46,334 nucleotides of DNA from a virus (Duplodnaviria > Caudoviricetes): positions 1-46,334 of IMG/VR virus record IMGVR_UViG_3300027772_000043; one strand, written 5' to 3'. This document shows positions 9,601 to 18,599 of this stretch, in pieces. Below the pieces are notes generated by a model, which was not told where the DNA came from, searched no databases, and saw only the letters and a program-made list of their open reading frames with translations. Position 1 is the stretch's first letter; the number at the start of each line of letters is the position of its first letter. Position numbers and translations under genes: made by a program.

Positions 9601-12600
9601 AATCTCCCCAGCACCCATCGGAGCGTTCGCGTCGTAATAGTCAACCGTTGCAGGGATCTCAACGACTGTTCGTTGATTCAACTGCTCGTAAGTCACGCCG
9701 TCTTCGCCAAGAGGCGCTGGAACGAGGAGCGTTAACTTCTTCGCAGCAGAAACGGCGACACCAGAATCTTCAAGGGCAATGCTCGCCATTCCGCTTCCAA
9801 GACCGTCGCGCATCCCGTTCAGGGAAGTCCTGCTGCTAACAAGCACTGTCAAAAGATCTGCGTCGTATAACTTCCGTAGCATGGCAACCCGCTGCTCGCC
9901 AAGCACCTGCTCTGGCGTAATGCCGCGCTCCTGAGCAAACTGCATCAAGTCAAGGGCGTCTGCTCCGTTGCTCTCTGCAAACGGGTCTAGTTTTCCTCCG
10001 AATCCAGTGTACTGGGCGTCTTTAACGCCGCCGCCAGTCAGACCATGCACTCCAAACAGCCTTCGGAGGATAAGCAACCGTGGGAGTTGCGGATTTGCAG
10101 CAATGATCCTTTCCGCAACTTCACCAAACACAGTGTTCTTTAGTTTTTCGGCTCTCCACAATGCGAAATCTTCATTCACATCAAGACCAAGGGTCTTTAG
10201 TTTCCTTCGCAACGCAACGGTTTCAACTGAGTTTCTAATTGTGCTGTCAACATCGCTAAACCCGCTCGCCCAGTCAACAATGTCCTCAAACTTCCTGTTT
10301 GAATCACCATAGCGGTTCGTCGCGGTTTCGTATGTCGCCCGCTCCTCATCGGTCAACTGTTCTCCGCGTCGCTTTTTATTGGCGATCAGGATTAACTGAG
10401 GCAAAATAGCATCAGCATCGGCGATAGAGGCTGGCGGCGTCTCCCAGAGGACTACAGGGTCGGCTCCTTCTGCGTTAGGCGTCCTAAGTGACCCGTCCTC
10501 AATGAGTTCCCCAAAGATGTTGAGGTAGAAATTGTCTTTTGGCTTGTACGTCCCAATTCGCTTGTTGAATGGCAGTAATTTTGCTGGATTAAATGCTCCA
10601 GACTTCTGGTAATAGCCAAGAAGTTTCTCTAGATGCGAAAGAAATGGCACTGCGACATCCCTGCTATTGATCGCGGGAGGCAACACAAGCACAGGGACTT
10701 CCGTCTCCCTTGCCAGCCTCCACCCGCCAAGTGCGTAGTGCGTTTTTGTAAGGTTTACGTCGTATACGCCTGTCTTGTTGTGCAGGAAGTTAAAGATATT
10801 ATCTACCCCGACAATCTTACCGTCAGCAGGGATGATTGACTGTGGCGCTGGAGGGTCAACAAGATCGTGCATCTGGAAAATGCGCTTACCGCTGGCGTCA
10901 ACGAGGTCTACAAGATCTGCGCCCCTGCCAGCGTCAATGATTGACTCGCCAGTGTCTGCGTTGTGCTTGAGGATCAGTGCGCGAGCCTCTTCATTGCCGA
11001 TGTATTGACTTAAGTCAAAGACAAGTTGACCGTCTTCGTTTGTGTACCAAACACTCGTGTTGATGGAGTCCTGCGATGTTTCCGTCCTCCCTGCCACTGG
11101 AAGCGTAAAGATGTCGCCAACAGTCCCAAGCGGGATTGACCCCGCGACAGTCGTAGTCAGGCGAGTATCTGGGACGAAGTAATTCATCACGAAGTCATAA
11201 CCGCTGACGCCAAGGGTGAGTGTCCCCGCAGCAATATCTACCTTTGACATATCTACGTTGCCCATTTCACGCATATCCTTAAAGAACAGTGCGCGCTCTT
11301 CTGGGTCGCTTGGGACTCTGATGTTTAGTACAACCTCCCTGTGAAGATCTGCAACGCGAAGCGTCAGATCCTGTACTGGAATGTACTTGCCAATGAACGC
11401 AAAAGAAGTTTTGTACAGGTAGGGATGGATCGGGTTGTCGTCGCCATATCCAAAGCCCTGATTCTGGTCTGGGGTTCCGATTGGGATAGTGATTGTCTGG
11501 TCTGATGGCGTTCTGCCAATTCCATACCCCTGTGCATCGTCGCTGACAATATCCAGCAGTCCCTTGAGCAGAGCAGAAGATCCGTCCCAGCCACCCTTCT
11601 CCTTAAGCAGCAGCGCCCGTGACGCCAGCGCGCTGCCAAGGTCGCCGATAATTCCCTCTGATCCTCGTCGCCCACCGCCAGAAATGAGTTCTGCTGTGTT
11701 CGCCCCGATCTTCTTTCCCTCTGCCATGAGTATTCCGCGAACGATGGACTCGCGCACAACCTTTGGCAAGGCGTCCCACTTCTTTCGGTCAAACTGGAGT
11801 CTGCCGTTTGCCCAAGGCGGGGTGATGTCTTTGTTTGCACCAAAACCGAAGCCGCCTTCATCAGTTCCCAGCACACGATTCCAGTATTCACGCTGGTTCT
11901 CTTGGTTTTTTCTGTCTGAGCCGACAAGTTCTGACAACTGATCGGCAGATAGATCCCCGATTGACTCGTCTGTTGCAACAATCAGCGGGGTAGGTAGGAC
12001 TGTCTTCTCAACTTCGTCAGGGTCAATCAGAACCTTTTTCTTATTCTTCAGTGGCTTTTTCCTGTTCAACTCTCCACGCTGTTCCGCAAGCCAGTTCTGG
12101 AACTCTGCTGCGTCAACAGAAAGTCGTGGCTGGTGCGTTGCAACACTTGGCAGTGGCTTGAGCAGCGCATTGCGCTCTGCAGTGTTTAGGATCTTTGTGG
12201 CGAACCGAATGAATGAAATAAGGCTTGATGGTCGCTGCCTTGTTCGCACATTTCCGATAAGACCGAAACTCTGCTGAATGCCAGCGATGACGTTGAGGGG
12301 CGATACCCCACGACTCACCGTGATGGGCTGCGGTGGGGCTGTTGGGTCTGCCGCGCCACTCAGTGCGGGAGTCGTTGCATCCTGATTGACAAAGAATGTG
12401 TCTACTGCAGCGTCTGATGGGTCGTAGCCGATGTCGTAATCAAAGCCGTTTGGTGGTACTTCTGGAGCGTAAGAGAACGCCTCACCCCCACCACCTCCAG
12501 TCGCAGTGCCAACCATTTCTCCCTGCTGCATCATGGCGAGCATCTCGCCGAATGATCCATCCCCAGCGTCTGGCATTGCGCCAAGGCGATCTGCAATCTC

Positions 12601-13578
12601 TGGCGGGAATGAAGGCACAACCATGCAACGGCAGTTGACTGCGTGCTTGGCTGGAAGGCTTGGATCTTTCGGGAACTGGGCTGAGAACTCGCCCACCATG
12701 AACGACTCGTTGATCGGGATAATCGTCCCATCAAGTGCGGCGTGTTCTGGGCGCGTCCTGTGGTCGCCTACTGCAATCCACTCTTTGTACATGACACCAT
12801 TTGCGTCAAGCATGTAGGAGCGCTGGTCGGTAGAAAGCCCATAGGGATTTGCTGCGAGCGCTTGGATGCCGCTCATGGCTGCAATGTTGCTCACACGCCC
12901 AAACTCTGTTCGGACAATCGCTTCGGCTCGCACTGCAGCAGTAGGGAATGCCCCAATTGGCGTTGCGACAGAAGTCAACCGTGCGATGCTCTCTGCTGGC
13001 GTACTGAGTGCCAGTGAGTTTCTCAAGATCTCTGCCTTAACCGCCTTTTTGAGCGCTCCAACCTGATCAACGATGAGGTCTGGCACAAAAGAAACAGCAA
13101 TGTCTACTGATCTGGCGTCAATGGCGACTAGCCCACGCCCCTGATTTGTAGAGCGACCAATTTCTGGTCTGGCGGAGTCGGTTGACCTGCTCAGTTTGCT
13201 GGCTGCCTTGGAAACTTCGGTGTTGATTTTGTCGGCTTGCTGCTGCGGCATGCCCTTGGACAGAATCTTGACTTCCTCTGCTGCTGCCCGTGCAATGGTG
13301 AGCAGTTTGCTGCGAAGTTCCCCATCCAGACGCTCCAGTGCCGCCAGTTGCTGCTGTGCGCGGCGTACGCGCCACTCAGGGGCTTGATTCGCCTGAATGT
13401 CGGCAAGGATGGCTGCGACCTCTGTTTGAGCCGCATTCATGGCTGTTTGGATCTTTGCTACGGCATCAGACTCAATGGTGATTTGGTTCTGGGCGCGTCG
13501 CAAGAGAGACTCTGCCCATGTGGAGCGAGCCTTAGACGTCTGCCAATTCTGGCGCTGGTTTTCGGTCTGGCTTGGCAA
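6694..13578 (-). CDS. MuF (SPP1 gp7-like) minor head protein fused to a long extension and a C-terminal PI3/PI4-kinase/HipA-like domain
   Basis: MuF motifs AIVRTE, KEWIAVGDHRTRPEH, HAVNCRC near aa 220-320; kinase motifs LGSGSINKP, FIIK, SERAA, LIGNTDRHGGNYL, PIDNGLAF; follows the portal. Confidence 0.85.
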   Translation of the reverse strand: MPSQTENQRQNWQTSKARSTWAESLLRRAQNQITIESDAVAKIQTAMNAAQTEVAAILADIQANQAPEWRVRRAQQQLAALERLDGELRSKLLTIARAAAEEVKILSKGMPQQQADKINTEVSKAASKLSRSTDSARPEIGRSTNQGRGLVAIDARSVDIAVSFVPDLIVDQVGALKKAVKAEILRNSLALSTPAESIARLTSVATPIGAFPTAAVRAEAIVRTEFGRVSNIAAMSGIQALAANPYGLSTDQRSYMLDANGVMYKEWIAVGDHRTRPEHAALDGTIIPINESFMVGEFSAQFPKDPSLPAKHAVNCRCMVVPSFPPEIADRLGAMPDAGDGSFGEMLAMMQQGEMVGTATGGGGGEAFSYAPEVPPNGFDYDIGYDPSDAAVDTFFVNQDATTPALSGAADPTAPPQPITVSRGVSPLNVIAGIQQSFGLIGNVRTRQRPSSLISFIRFATKILNTAERNALLKPLPSVATHQPRLSVDAAEFQNWLAEQRGELNRKKPLKNKKKVLIDPDEVEKTVLPTPLIVATDESIGDLSADQLSELVGSDRKNQENQREYWNRVLGTDEGGFGFGANKDITPPWANGRLQFDRKKWDALPKVVRESIVRGILMAEGKKIGANTAELISGGGRRGSEGIIGDLGSALASRALLLKEKGGWDGSSALLKGLLDIVSDDAQGYGIGRTPSDQTITIPIGTPDQNQGFGYGDDNPIHPYLYKTSFAFIGKYIPVQDLTLRVADLHREVVLNIRVPSDPEERALFFKDMREMGNVDMSKVDIAAGTLTLGVSGYDFVMNYFVPDTRLTTTVAGSIPLGTVGDIFTLPVAGRTETSQDSINTSVWYTNEDGQLVFDLSQYIGNEEARALILKHNADTGESIIDAGRGADLVDLVDASGKRIFQMHDLVDPPAPQSIIPADGKIVGVDNIFNFLHNKTGVYDVNLTKTHYALGGWRLARETEVPVLVLPPAINSRDVAVPFLSHLEKLLGYYQKSGAFNPAKLLPFNKRIGTYKPKDNFYLNIFGELIEDGSLRTPNAEGADPVVLWETPPASIADADAILPQLILIANKKRRGEQLTDEERATYETATNRYGDSNRKFEDIVDWASGFSDVDSTIRNSVETVALRRKLKTLGLDVNEDFALWRAEKLKNTVFGEVAERIIAANPQLPRLLILRRLFGVHGLTGGGVKDAQYTGFGGKLDPFAESNGADALDLMQFAQERGITPEQVLGEQRVAMLRKLYDADLLTVLVSSRTSLNGMRDGLGSGMASIALEDSGVAVSAAKKLTLLVPAPLGEDGVTYEQLNQRTVVEIPATVDYYDANAPMGAGEILLQDTSLPFRAINEVAMQGDAGFTQILRLAVGNQLLGLANAGLFRTLSFRSDARQSPRVSGRLRVTEDQSATELPSFSALSLAKELQSSAKKSALLLADGVARDALNDPLQFEDVLRAVARAAVERGASESDPLIAALLAIPRLQDGSEVVASPFWENKRDFDGATLRMKENPALAGNPHYAKILDTLSATNRRYATRPIDFVDLSALAETIIPMPEQPPTTASPEAMGVFYKERSLAVDARVDLVNRMVQDPSFILRAILSRAYTTDQQRQLMGSLAPFKGQMLKKDASWTTKPVDVSWYELEATLLEIIADEAAKNMPAGASDGTVLSEDAFGTVKMTPELWEATQLLDAYEWDTRLSPDAKAAYDLILAATKDHSEQRQAIIRARIAPIVEALGYQRGTPEFEGILDVYVAHAQGELPTGTILGGDYQADVFIPAVLASINSKLVKFGRRGMSDIPADGAGMAIASKWRKYGRLRNPEADYDEAAPYTPQKLRLVAKAVRDHLVNLQLERQSLARKQIVDALNQNNAELIGGRMKAAEWAAKARKLIRAKRSAIEAEKQRLRILAKGKPIKPVSDELYEETLSLLDKDLEAALKAIPKNKFLGVTDAKLQSEIEQYRDRIDGIMKGVEQTIMGVTTTELVAPNNPKSLGSGSINKPWRGEWDGHKFIIKSLSSMYASDPRSRWGIGKYADLWSERAAQVVDELGGLFIRKAQAYLRELPDIRAGSETLGENTALVMDWLEGFPSGHSSQRNRDPQTADNFDLMSVFEALIGNTDRHGGNYLIAPIPTATQPAFDSDGYPIDPVTRQRTGALWEKYNIVPIDNGLAFPNPEVHLDYAGGNESPFMTSQSGVALTPRAREVLLRLWSNRSELYVRLTTLAGASKTRGFFYRMIWMLRSGEFMGWDTLAGAEYNPLSPNADATIRGAFDEGQSLLDANITSPIIGVREDPNRIEGQIPALPLSGEPQN

Positions 13579-13584
13579 GGATTA

Positions 13585-15033
13585 TTACTCCCCTTGCGGT
13601 CTTGTCGTCACCTGCTGTACGGGCGTCTTTTTAGGCTGCTGGGGCTGCGTTTGATCAAATACAGTAGAAAGGCTTGGTTGTTGATTTTGCACCTCTGTAG
13701 CAGCCTTTGCAGCCTCCTCTTCAATCATCTCCAATTCCTTCTCTGGCTCCAACTCAATGCCCAACTGCCCAGCAATGCTGAGGAACAACTTGCGCGCTGA
13801 GTCCTCTGAGATAAACTTTGAGTCCTTTGCTGCGGTGAGAGCGCCCATCAGTTGCGGCAATGCTGCGGCAATTCCCTTGGTGTCTTCCACGCTTGGATCT
13901 GGCAAGGTCACCGTCACTGTGCGATCTATGCCCTTTGGCAGTCGCCCCGCTTCAATCGCCTTGGCAATGACATACTGCGCGATGTCCTCAAACACTGCTC
14001 CAACGAGTCGCTGTCGCGCTGTGATCATGCGGTAGGTTGGGTCGCCCTGTGCAGCAAGTGTGGCGCGGTTTGCTGAATCACCATCTGCAAACCAGCCCTC
14101 TGGTACGCCCGCCCCTCCTAGGATCAGATTCTTGATCAGGCGGCTAATGGTCTCTGTCTCTGCCGCACCCAGTGCTGGAGATACCGCTTGCCATGTTTCG
14201 TAGTCGTTGTGGACACGAACTGTGCCAGCCTTCGGTGCAGAAGAGTGCATCTTTGCCCATTCGCCCACTTGGTCAGCGTCGGCGCTTTTCAGTGTGACAT
14301 CCCAAATAAACGAGTTCATGAGGGAGGCGCGATCCAGCGCATTGAACATTACTTGGTCGTAGCCGTCAATCCAGTCGGCAAGCGCCAATGAGTCTGGCGT
14401 TCCACGAGTTGCACCTACTGGGCGATTGATAAAGTACGCAAACACCTCGCCCTCAAACTCTAAGCCAGCCTTTGTTGCGGTTGACTGAATAATCGGGATC
14501 TCCTCAACCCCACCAGCCATACGCTTGCTGAAGAGTTCAATGCTCTGGTCAACAAATGCGTTTTCTGGGTTCTTAAGAACTCCTCGCACGCGGTCTGGGT
14601 CAATGTAGCCAAGCATGACCTTACCGTTCTCGTCGTAGGCTCGCAGGAATAGTTCCCCGTTCACTGCAAGATCCACCACAAGATCACGATGGCGTAGGTT
14701 CATCTTCATGGTCGGATCGTTCCAGAATTCGTTAATGATCTCCTGAACATCCTCGTCTACAGCATTGAAGGTGAGTCCATCGCCCACCACAAAGTCTGCA
14801 GTCATCTCAACCAATCGGCGTGCAAGTGGGTTTTGGCGATGCAGGTAGCGGGCAACCGTGCGGGCGCGCTCCTGAGTAATCGGGCTAAGGTCTCGTGTTT
14901 CCCCAGTTAGTCGCCTGTAAAGGTGGTCGTCTGTATCAATGAGTCCAAGGATCGGCTCAGATACGCCCTCACGAAGTACCCGAATTGCCTTGCCTACGCG
15001 CTGCCTAAAACTTGCCATCTCTCTCCTAACCAC
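13585..15033 (-). CDS. Portal protein
   Basis: 482 aa between TerL and MuF; NPLARRLVE...FVVGDG, GELF, RGTPD, GVPEGW..D...NRAT motifs. Confidence 0.85.
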   Translation of the reverse strand: MVRREMASFRQRVGKAIRVLREGVSEPILGLIDTDDHLYRRLTGETRDLSPITQERARTVARYLHRQNPLARRLVEMTADFVVGDGLTFNAVDEDVQEIINEFWNDPTMKMNLRHRDLVVDLAVNGELFLRAYDENGKVMLGYIDPDRVRGVLKNPENAFVDQSIELFSKRMAGGVEEIPIIQSTATKAGLEFEGEVFAYFINRPVGATRGTPDSLALADWIDGYDQVMFNALDRASLMNSFIWDVTLKSADADQVGEWAKMHSSAPKAGTVRVHNDYETWQAVSPALGAAETETISRLIKNLILGGAGVPEGWFADGDSANRATLAAQGDPTYRMITARQRLVGAVFEDIAQYVIAKAIEAGRLPKGIDRTVTVTLPDPSVEDTKGIAAALPQLMGALTAAKDSKFISEDSARKLFLSIAGQLGIELEPEKELEMIEEEAAKAATEVQNQQPSLSTVFDQTQPQQPKKTPVQQVTTRPQGE

Positions 15034-16498
15034 GCGCCAAGAGGCGCGGTCTCTGAATCTCGTTGCTAGATCCTACCCTGTGTGGACGTACTGTGGAAGG
15101 AATTGAAGCGGAGCCAGCAATGTACAGGCGAGCCAATTCGTTGACTGCACCAGAAATAGCGTCTACTTGGTCATCGTGTGCGCCCTGTGGGAAAGAGTAG
15201 CACTCTGAAATCAAGGCGCTATTCCACGTTCCCCGCACAAGTGACACATTTCCCTTGTTTGCTTGGGCTGCAAAAGCACGCGCTCTTACGTCTTTTGCCC
15301 CCGTTACCCTTGCCCCCTTGAAGTCGTAGCCGTACAGGATCTTTCTGGCGTAATGGTCAATTGCCATAACCCCTGATGCTCCCCCCTCCTGCTCCATTCG
15401 GATGGCTGTGCCACGAGGGTCTTCTGCAGCGCACCTAGCGATCAATGCCTCAATCTTGTCGGGTCGCTCCCTTACCCTCTTCATGTCGCCGATCACTGTG
15501 AGTCCCGTTTTCGCACTCCTGCCCACAAGCGCCCCTGCTGTGTAGTCAGGGTCTCTGCCCTGTTTAGCCTCTGTTGCAGCCAAGTCCCAGTAGCGCACCC
15601 AGCGATACTCGTCCCAGTCCAGATCGTCAACGTACTTGGTCAGTGATTCAGGGTTGAAGAAATCCCCGCTTGGCGTAATAGTCCACGAGCCATCCACAAG
15701 TTGCGCTCTCAGCACATCGTCCAATTCGTTGAGCGAGCGCATATATTCCTCTTGGTCTAGGTGTGGGTTGTCAGTAAGTTTGGCTGGGACAAAGATACGA
15801 GCCTCGCCACTATGGTCACGCGGAACAATCAACTTGCCAGTACGCTCGTCAATCTTTGGGATGAAACGGCTATACACCCAGTCATGCCCTAGCCCATTCG
15901 GGTTAGAAGCCGCCCTCATGCGTGGTGTTGCCTCAAATGCCTTGAGCCGTCGTAGTCGGCTGGTAAGGAACATATACTGCGATTCGGTGAATTGGGTTAA
16001 CTCGTCAAAGCCGATGTACTGGAAGGCAGCACCTTGGTAGCGATACTTGTCGTTTTCGTTCTCAAGGTGACCAAATACCAGCGTTGAGCCGTTTGCCCAC
16101 CGAAACTCTCTGCGGTCGCCATTCCAGCGTGCCTCTGGCGTACCCTGTAGCCAACGCCTAGCCCTGTCCATGATGGCATCGGGCAAAGATAGGTCTTTGT
16201 AGGTTCGGCGCAGCAGGATGGCGCTGTAGTTCGGAATATGGATGTGCTGCAGGGCAGCCATCAGCAAAGCGTCAGACTTGCCTCCACCAGCAGCCCCACC
16301 ATAAAGCGCCTCTCTGTTGCCTAGGCTAAGAAATACCGCCTGTGGCACTTCTGGCTTGTGAGGCACACAATCAGGTAGTTTCGGGTTCAGTATCTCCAGT
16401 AGAGAGGATCGTTCCCTCTGGTCTAGCGACGATACCCAATTGCTCCAGTAGTCCAAGGGCTGCTGATAGCCTTCGCTGCTCTTCTGCTGGGTCTCCAA
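15026..16498 (-). CDS. terL: Terminase large subunit
   Basis: Walker A YGGAAGGGKS, Walker B IGFDELTQF, ASNP motif III, nuclease RYWDLA, DYTAG, HDDQVDA; TTG start after GAGGTG. Confidence 0.95.
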   Translation of the reverse strand: METQQKSSEGYQQPLDYWSNWVSSLDQRERSSLLEILNPKLPDCVPHKPEVPQAVFLSLGNREALYGGAAGGGKSDALLMAALQHIHIPNYSAILLRRTYKDLSLPDAIMDRARRWLQGTPEARWNGDRREFRWANGSTLVFGHLENENDKYRYQGAAFQYIGFDELTQFTESQYMFLTSRLRRLKAFEATPRMRAASNPNGLGHDWVYSRFIPKIDERTGKLIVPRDHSGEARIFVPAKLTDNPHLDQEEYMRSLNELDDVLRAQLVDGSWTITPSGDFFNPESLTKYVDDLDWDEYRWVRYWDLAATEAKQGRDPDYTAGALVGRSAKTGLTVIGDMKRVRERPDKIEALIARCAAEDPRGTAIRMEQEGGASGVMAIDHYARKILYGYDFKGARVTGAKDVRARAFAAQANKGNVSLVRGTWNSALISECYSFPQGAHDDQVDAISGAVNELARLYIAGSASIPSTVRPHRVGSSNEIQRPRLLARG

Positions 16499-16868
16499 CT
16501 GATTTCACCTCAATAGCCTTGCCATCTACGCCTGAGAACTCAATGCCTTCACGCTTACGCCACTCATTCGGGAACCTGCGCTCTAGAATCCAAGCGGCTG
16601 CTTGCCATGATCGCTCATTCTCTGCTGCTGTGGCAACCCTAGACAGGAACCGCATCTCTGCAAATGCTTCTGCTTTTTCTATAGCGTCGGAAAATGTGGG
16701 ATCTAGCCTCATCCACTCGTGCAGTGTATCCCTGTGGATGCCAGCCAATGCAGCAGATCTTTGGCGTGAAGCACCTGCACGCAGTGACTGTAGCAAAGCC
16801 TCTACGCGCTGCTCAGTCTTCTTTGTTGGTCTACCCGCCTCTGAAGGAACAATGATCTCATCAGTCAT
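16371..16868 (-). CDS. terS: Terminase small subunit
   Basis: GRPTK, HTH (AALAGIHRDTLHEW), SWQAAAWILERRFP motif; directly upstream of terL. Confidence 0.85.
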   Translation of the reverse strand: MTDEIIVPSEAGRPTKKTEQRVEALLQSLRAGASRQRSAALAGIHRDTLHEWMRLDPTFSDAIEKAEAFAEMRFLSRVATAAENERSWQAAAWILERRFPNEWRKREGIEFSGVDGKAIEVKSVGDPAEEQRRLSAALGLLEQLGIVARPEGTILSTGDTEPETT

Positions 16869-16896
16869 ATAGCCACCTTACACCCTAAACCTGAGT

Positions 16897-16907
16897 TTTG
16901 TTACAAA
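16897..16907. promoter_or_regulatory. Palindrome TTTGT-T-ACAAA upstream of terS (candidate late-operon regulatory site)
   Basis: Perfect inverted repeat; identical copy at 23063..23073. Confidence 0.45.
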
Positions 16908-16990
16908 TATGCCCCTGTATGCACAACGGAGACAAGAGTTTAATCCATTGTCAATACATAGACACAAGCCGCGCAGCGCAAATCGGTTTT

Positions 16991-17173
16991 TTATTTTTGG
17001 CGAACTTCTTTGCGGTAGTAGGCAAGTGTCTGCCCGTCCAGAAACCAGTCTCTCCCGTGCTTCTTGCCCTTGATGCGTCCCTTGTGCAACTGCACCCTAA
17101 GCGTGGTTGGGCTAATGCCAAGCAACTCTGCCGCCTGACGAAGCGTGTATTCCTTTGTGCTGCTGTCTTTCAA
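16991..17173 (-). CDS. Excisionase-like HTH (HTH_17/MerR-type) DNA-binding protein
   Basis: YTLRQAAELLGISPTTLR...GRIKGKKHGRDW. Confidence 0.85.
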   Translation of the reverse strand: MKDSSTKEYTLRQAAELLGISPTTLRVQLHKGRIKGKKHGRDWFLDGQTLAYYRKEVRQK

Positions 17174-17871
17174 TTGACTAGTCCCTTCTTTCCTGTGCCT
17201 GTTGGGGCATCCTCGCCCCTGTTCTTTTTGCGAATCGCTGAGATTCTGTGAAGCCTCTCAATAATCCTCGTTGCCGTCTCGTCCGTTATGCCCTTGGACA
17301 CCATCCCGCTTTTAAGGTCTTCCTCAAAGGTTTGCGAGATAAAGGCGCTAAGGAACATCTGGTCAAACTCCTCATCTCCTATATATTGGCTCCCGATGAG
17401 CGAGGTCAGCGCAGCAATAGCGAGGTCGCAGCGCCTTTCGGATAGCGCGTAGGGGTCTTTGTCCTCCTCGCCATCTACGCCAATGACCACTACCCGCCCA
17501 GCAACTGGGGCGACCACAATCGGGTTAACCCCCTGCTGCATGCCAATTGCCGCCCTGCGAATGATGGTGGCAAACGAGTTCAGGTGAGAGGCTGTCTTCT
17601 TGCCCGCCACGATCTTGCCGTGGTCTGGCGCTTCCGCGTCAATCCAGAAGCCAACAGAGAATGACATCTTCTCTGGGTCTTCCAGCAACATAGAGCCTAT
17701 TGCCTCTGCGCTGCGAACACGCGGATAGCGAAAGTCCTCCTCGCCCAGCAGTTTACAGATCTGCTCGTCAAGATCGTCGTCGTTCAGTTCATGGCGCTCA
17801 AAGTCATATGAGGTCACTTCCGAAAACATCAACACTGGCTTTATGACAATTGCGTAGTACTTTCTGCTCAT
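17170..17871 (-). CDS. Hypothetical protein
   Basis: Start revised to ATG (MSRKYY) overlapping the upstream stop (ATGA). Confidence 0.7.
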   Translation of the reverse strand: MSRKYYAIVIKPVLMFSEVTSYDFERHELNDDDLDEQICKLLGEEDFRYPRVRSAEAIGSMLLEDPEKMSFSVGFWIDAEAPDHGKIVAGKKTASHLNSFATIIRRAAIGMQQGVNPIVVAPVAGRVVVIGVDGEEDKDPYALSERRCDLAIAALTSLIGSQYIGDEEFDQMFLSAFISQTFEEDLKSGMVSKGITDETATRIIERLHRISAIRKKNRGEDAPTGTGKKGLVN

Positions 17872-18017
17872 CGTGGATTCTCCATTGATCCCCAAACGAG
17901 TATCACATAGAGCGCAATCAATACCCAGAATGCTGCTATCGTGCTTTCCACAAGTTCCCTCCTAGCGTATTTCCATTGATATTTAAACTCTGCGATCAGT
18001 TCCTTTACGTCTTCCAT
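17868..18017 (-). CDS. Small membrane protein (49 aa, not in ORF track)
   Basis: MEDVKELIAEF...TIAAFWVLIALYVILVWGSMENPR fills the gap exactly and has one hydrophobic helix. Confidence 0.65.
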   Translation of the reverse strand: MEDVKELIAEFKYQWKYARRELVESTIAAFWVLIALYVILVWGSMENPR

Positions 18018-18018
18018 G

Positions 18019-18339
18019 TCAGCCCCACGCCTTTGGATCAAGGACGATCTCCCTGACCTGTGCTGCGAGGTCGTAGACCTTTACGCACTCCAGACCATTC
18101 TCGCCACCTAGTGCCATCCCCGCCTTGGCGTTTGGGATGTCGCTGATATAGGTGTCGCCCATGTCCCAGCCGCCGTAAGTGTGTGGAGACTGCACGGCGC
18201 ATAGCCATCGTGCGTATTCATTCTTCTTCTCTCCGTCTGGGCTTTGGTAGCGCTTTAGCACGCGCCACTCCCAATTGCCCGCGTAGAAGATTGCATACGG
18301 ATTCTCAATATCTCGTGTCTTAGCCTGTAGGTTCTTCAC
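18019..18339 (-). CDS. Conserved phage early protein
   Basis: GTG start overlapping the upstream stop after GGAGGAG; WEWRVLKRYQ...YARWLCAVQSP..GDTY. Confidence 0.7.
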   Translation of the reverse strand: MKNLQAKTRDIENPYAIFYAGNWEWRVLKRYQSPDGEKKNEYARWLCAVQSPHTYGGWDMGDTYISDIPNAKAGMALGGENGLECVKVYDLAAQVREIVLDPKAWG

Positions 18340-18527
18340 TTGACTCCTCCTCCATACTTCACAATGTGTTCCGCGCAGTAAACCTGCGCGCATTCCGCGT
18401 GGCACTTGTACGCCTCGCTTACTTTCATGGTGATCCCGCAGTAATCGCACTGCGCCCTGTTGAGTTCCTGCTGTAGTAACTTCCTCTTGTTCATGTTCTC
18501 AATGTCCAAAGCCTTGAACACTCCCAT
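18336..18527 (-). CDS. Small zinc-finger-like protein
   Basis: ATG after GGAGGAGG; CDYC...C...C....C..H. Confidence 0.7.
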   Translation of the reverse strand: MGVFKALDIENMNKRKLLQQELNRAQCDYCGITMKVSEAYKCHAECAQVYCAEHIVKYGGGVK

Positions 18528-18570
18528 TGGTTTTCCTCCTCCTGCGGGGACAGCCCCCGCTTCCACAGAA

Positions 18571-18599
18571 AGCATAAACCCTAGCGTTTCCACTGTCAA
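18571..18599 (-). promoter_or_regulatory. Sigma70-type early promoter TTGACA-17-TATGCT
   Basis: Consensus hexamers, 17-bp spacer containing AACGCTAGGGTT. Confidence 0.8.

Noticed and set aside
16991-17173. Lysogeny/integration module implied by an excisionase-like gene
   Set aside because: No tyrosine or serine integrase or parA-like gene was recognised, so lifestyle is undetermined
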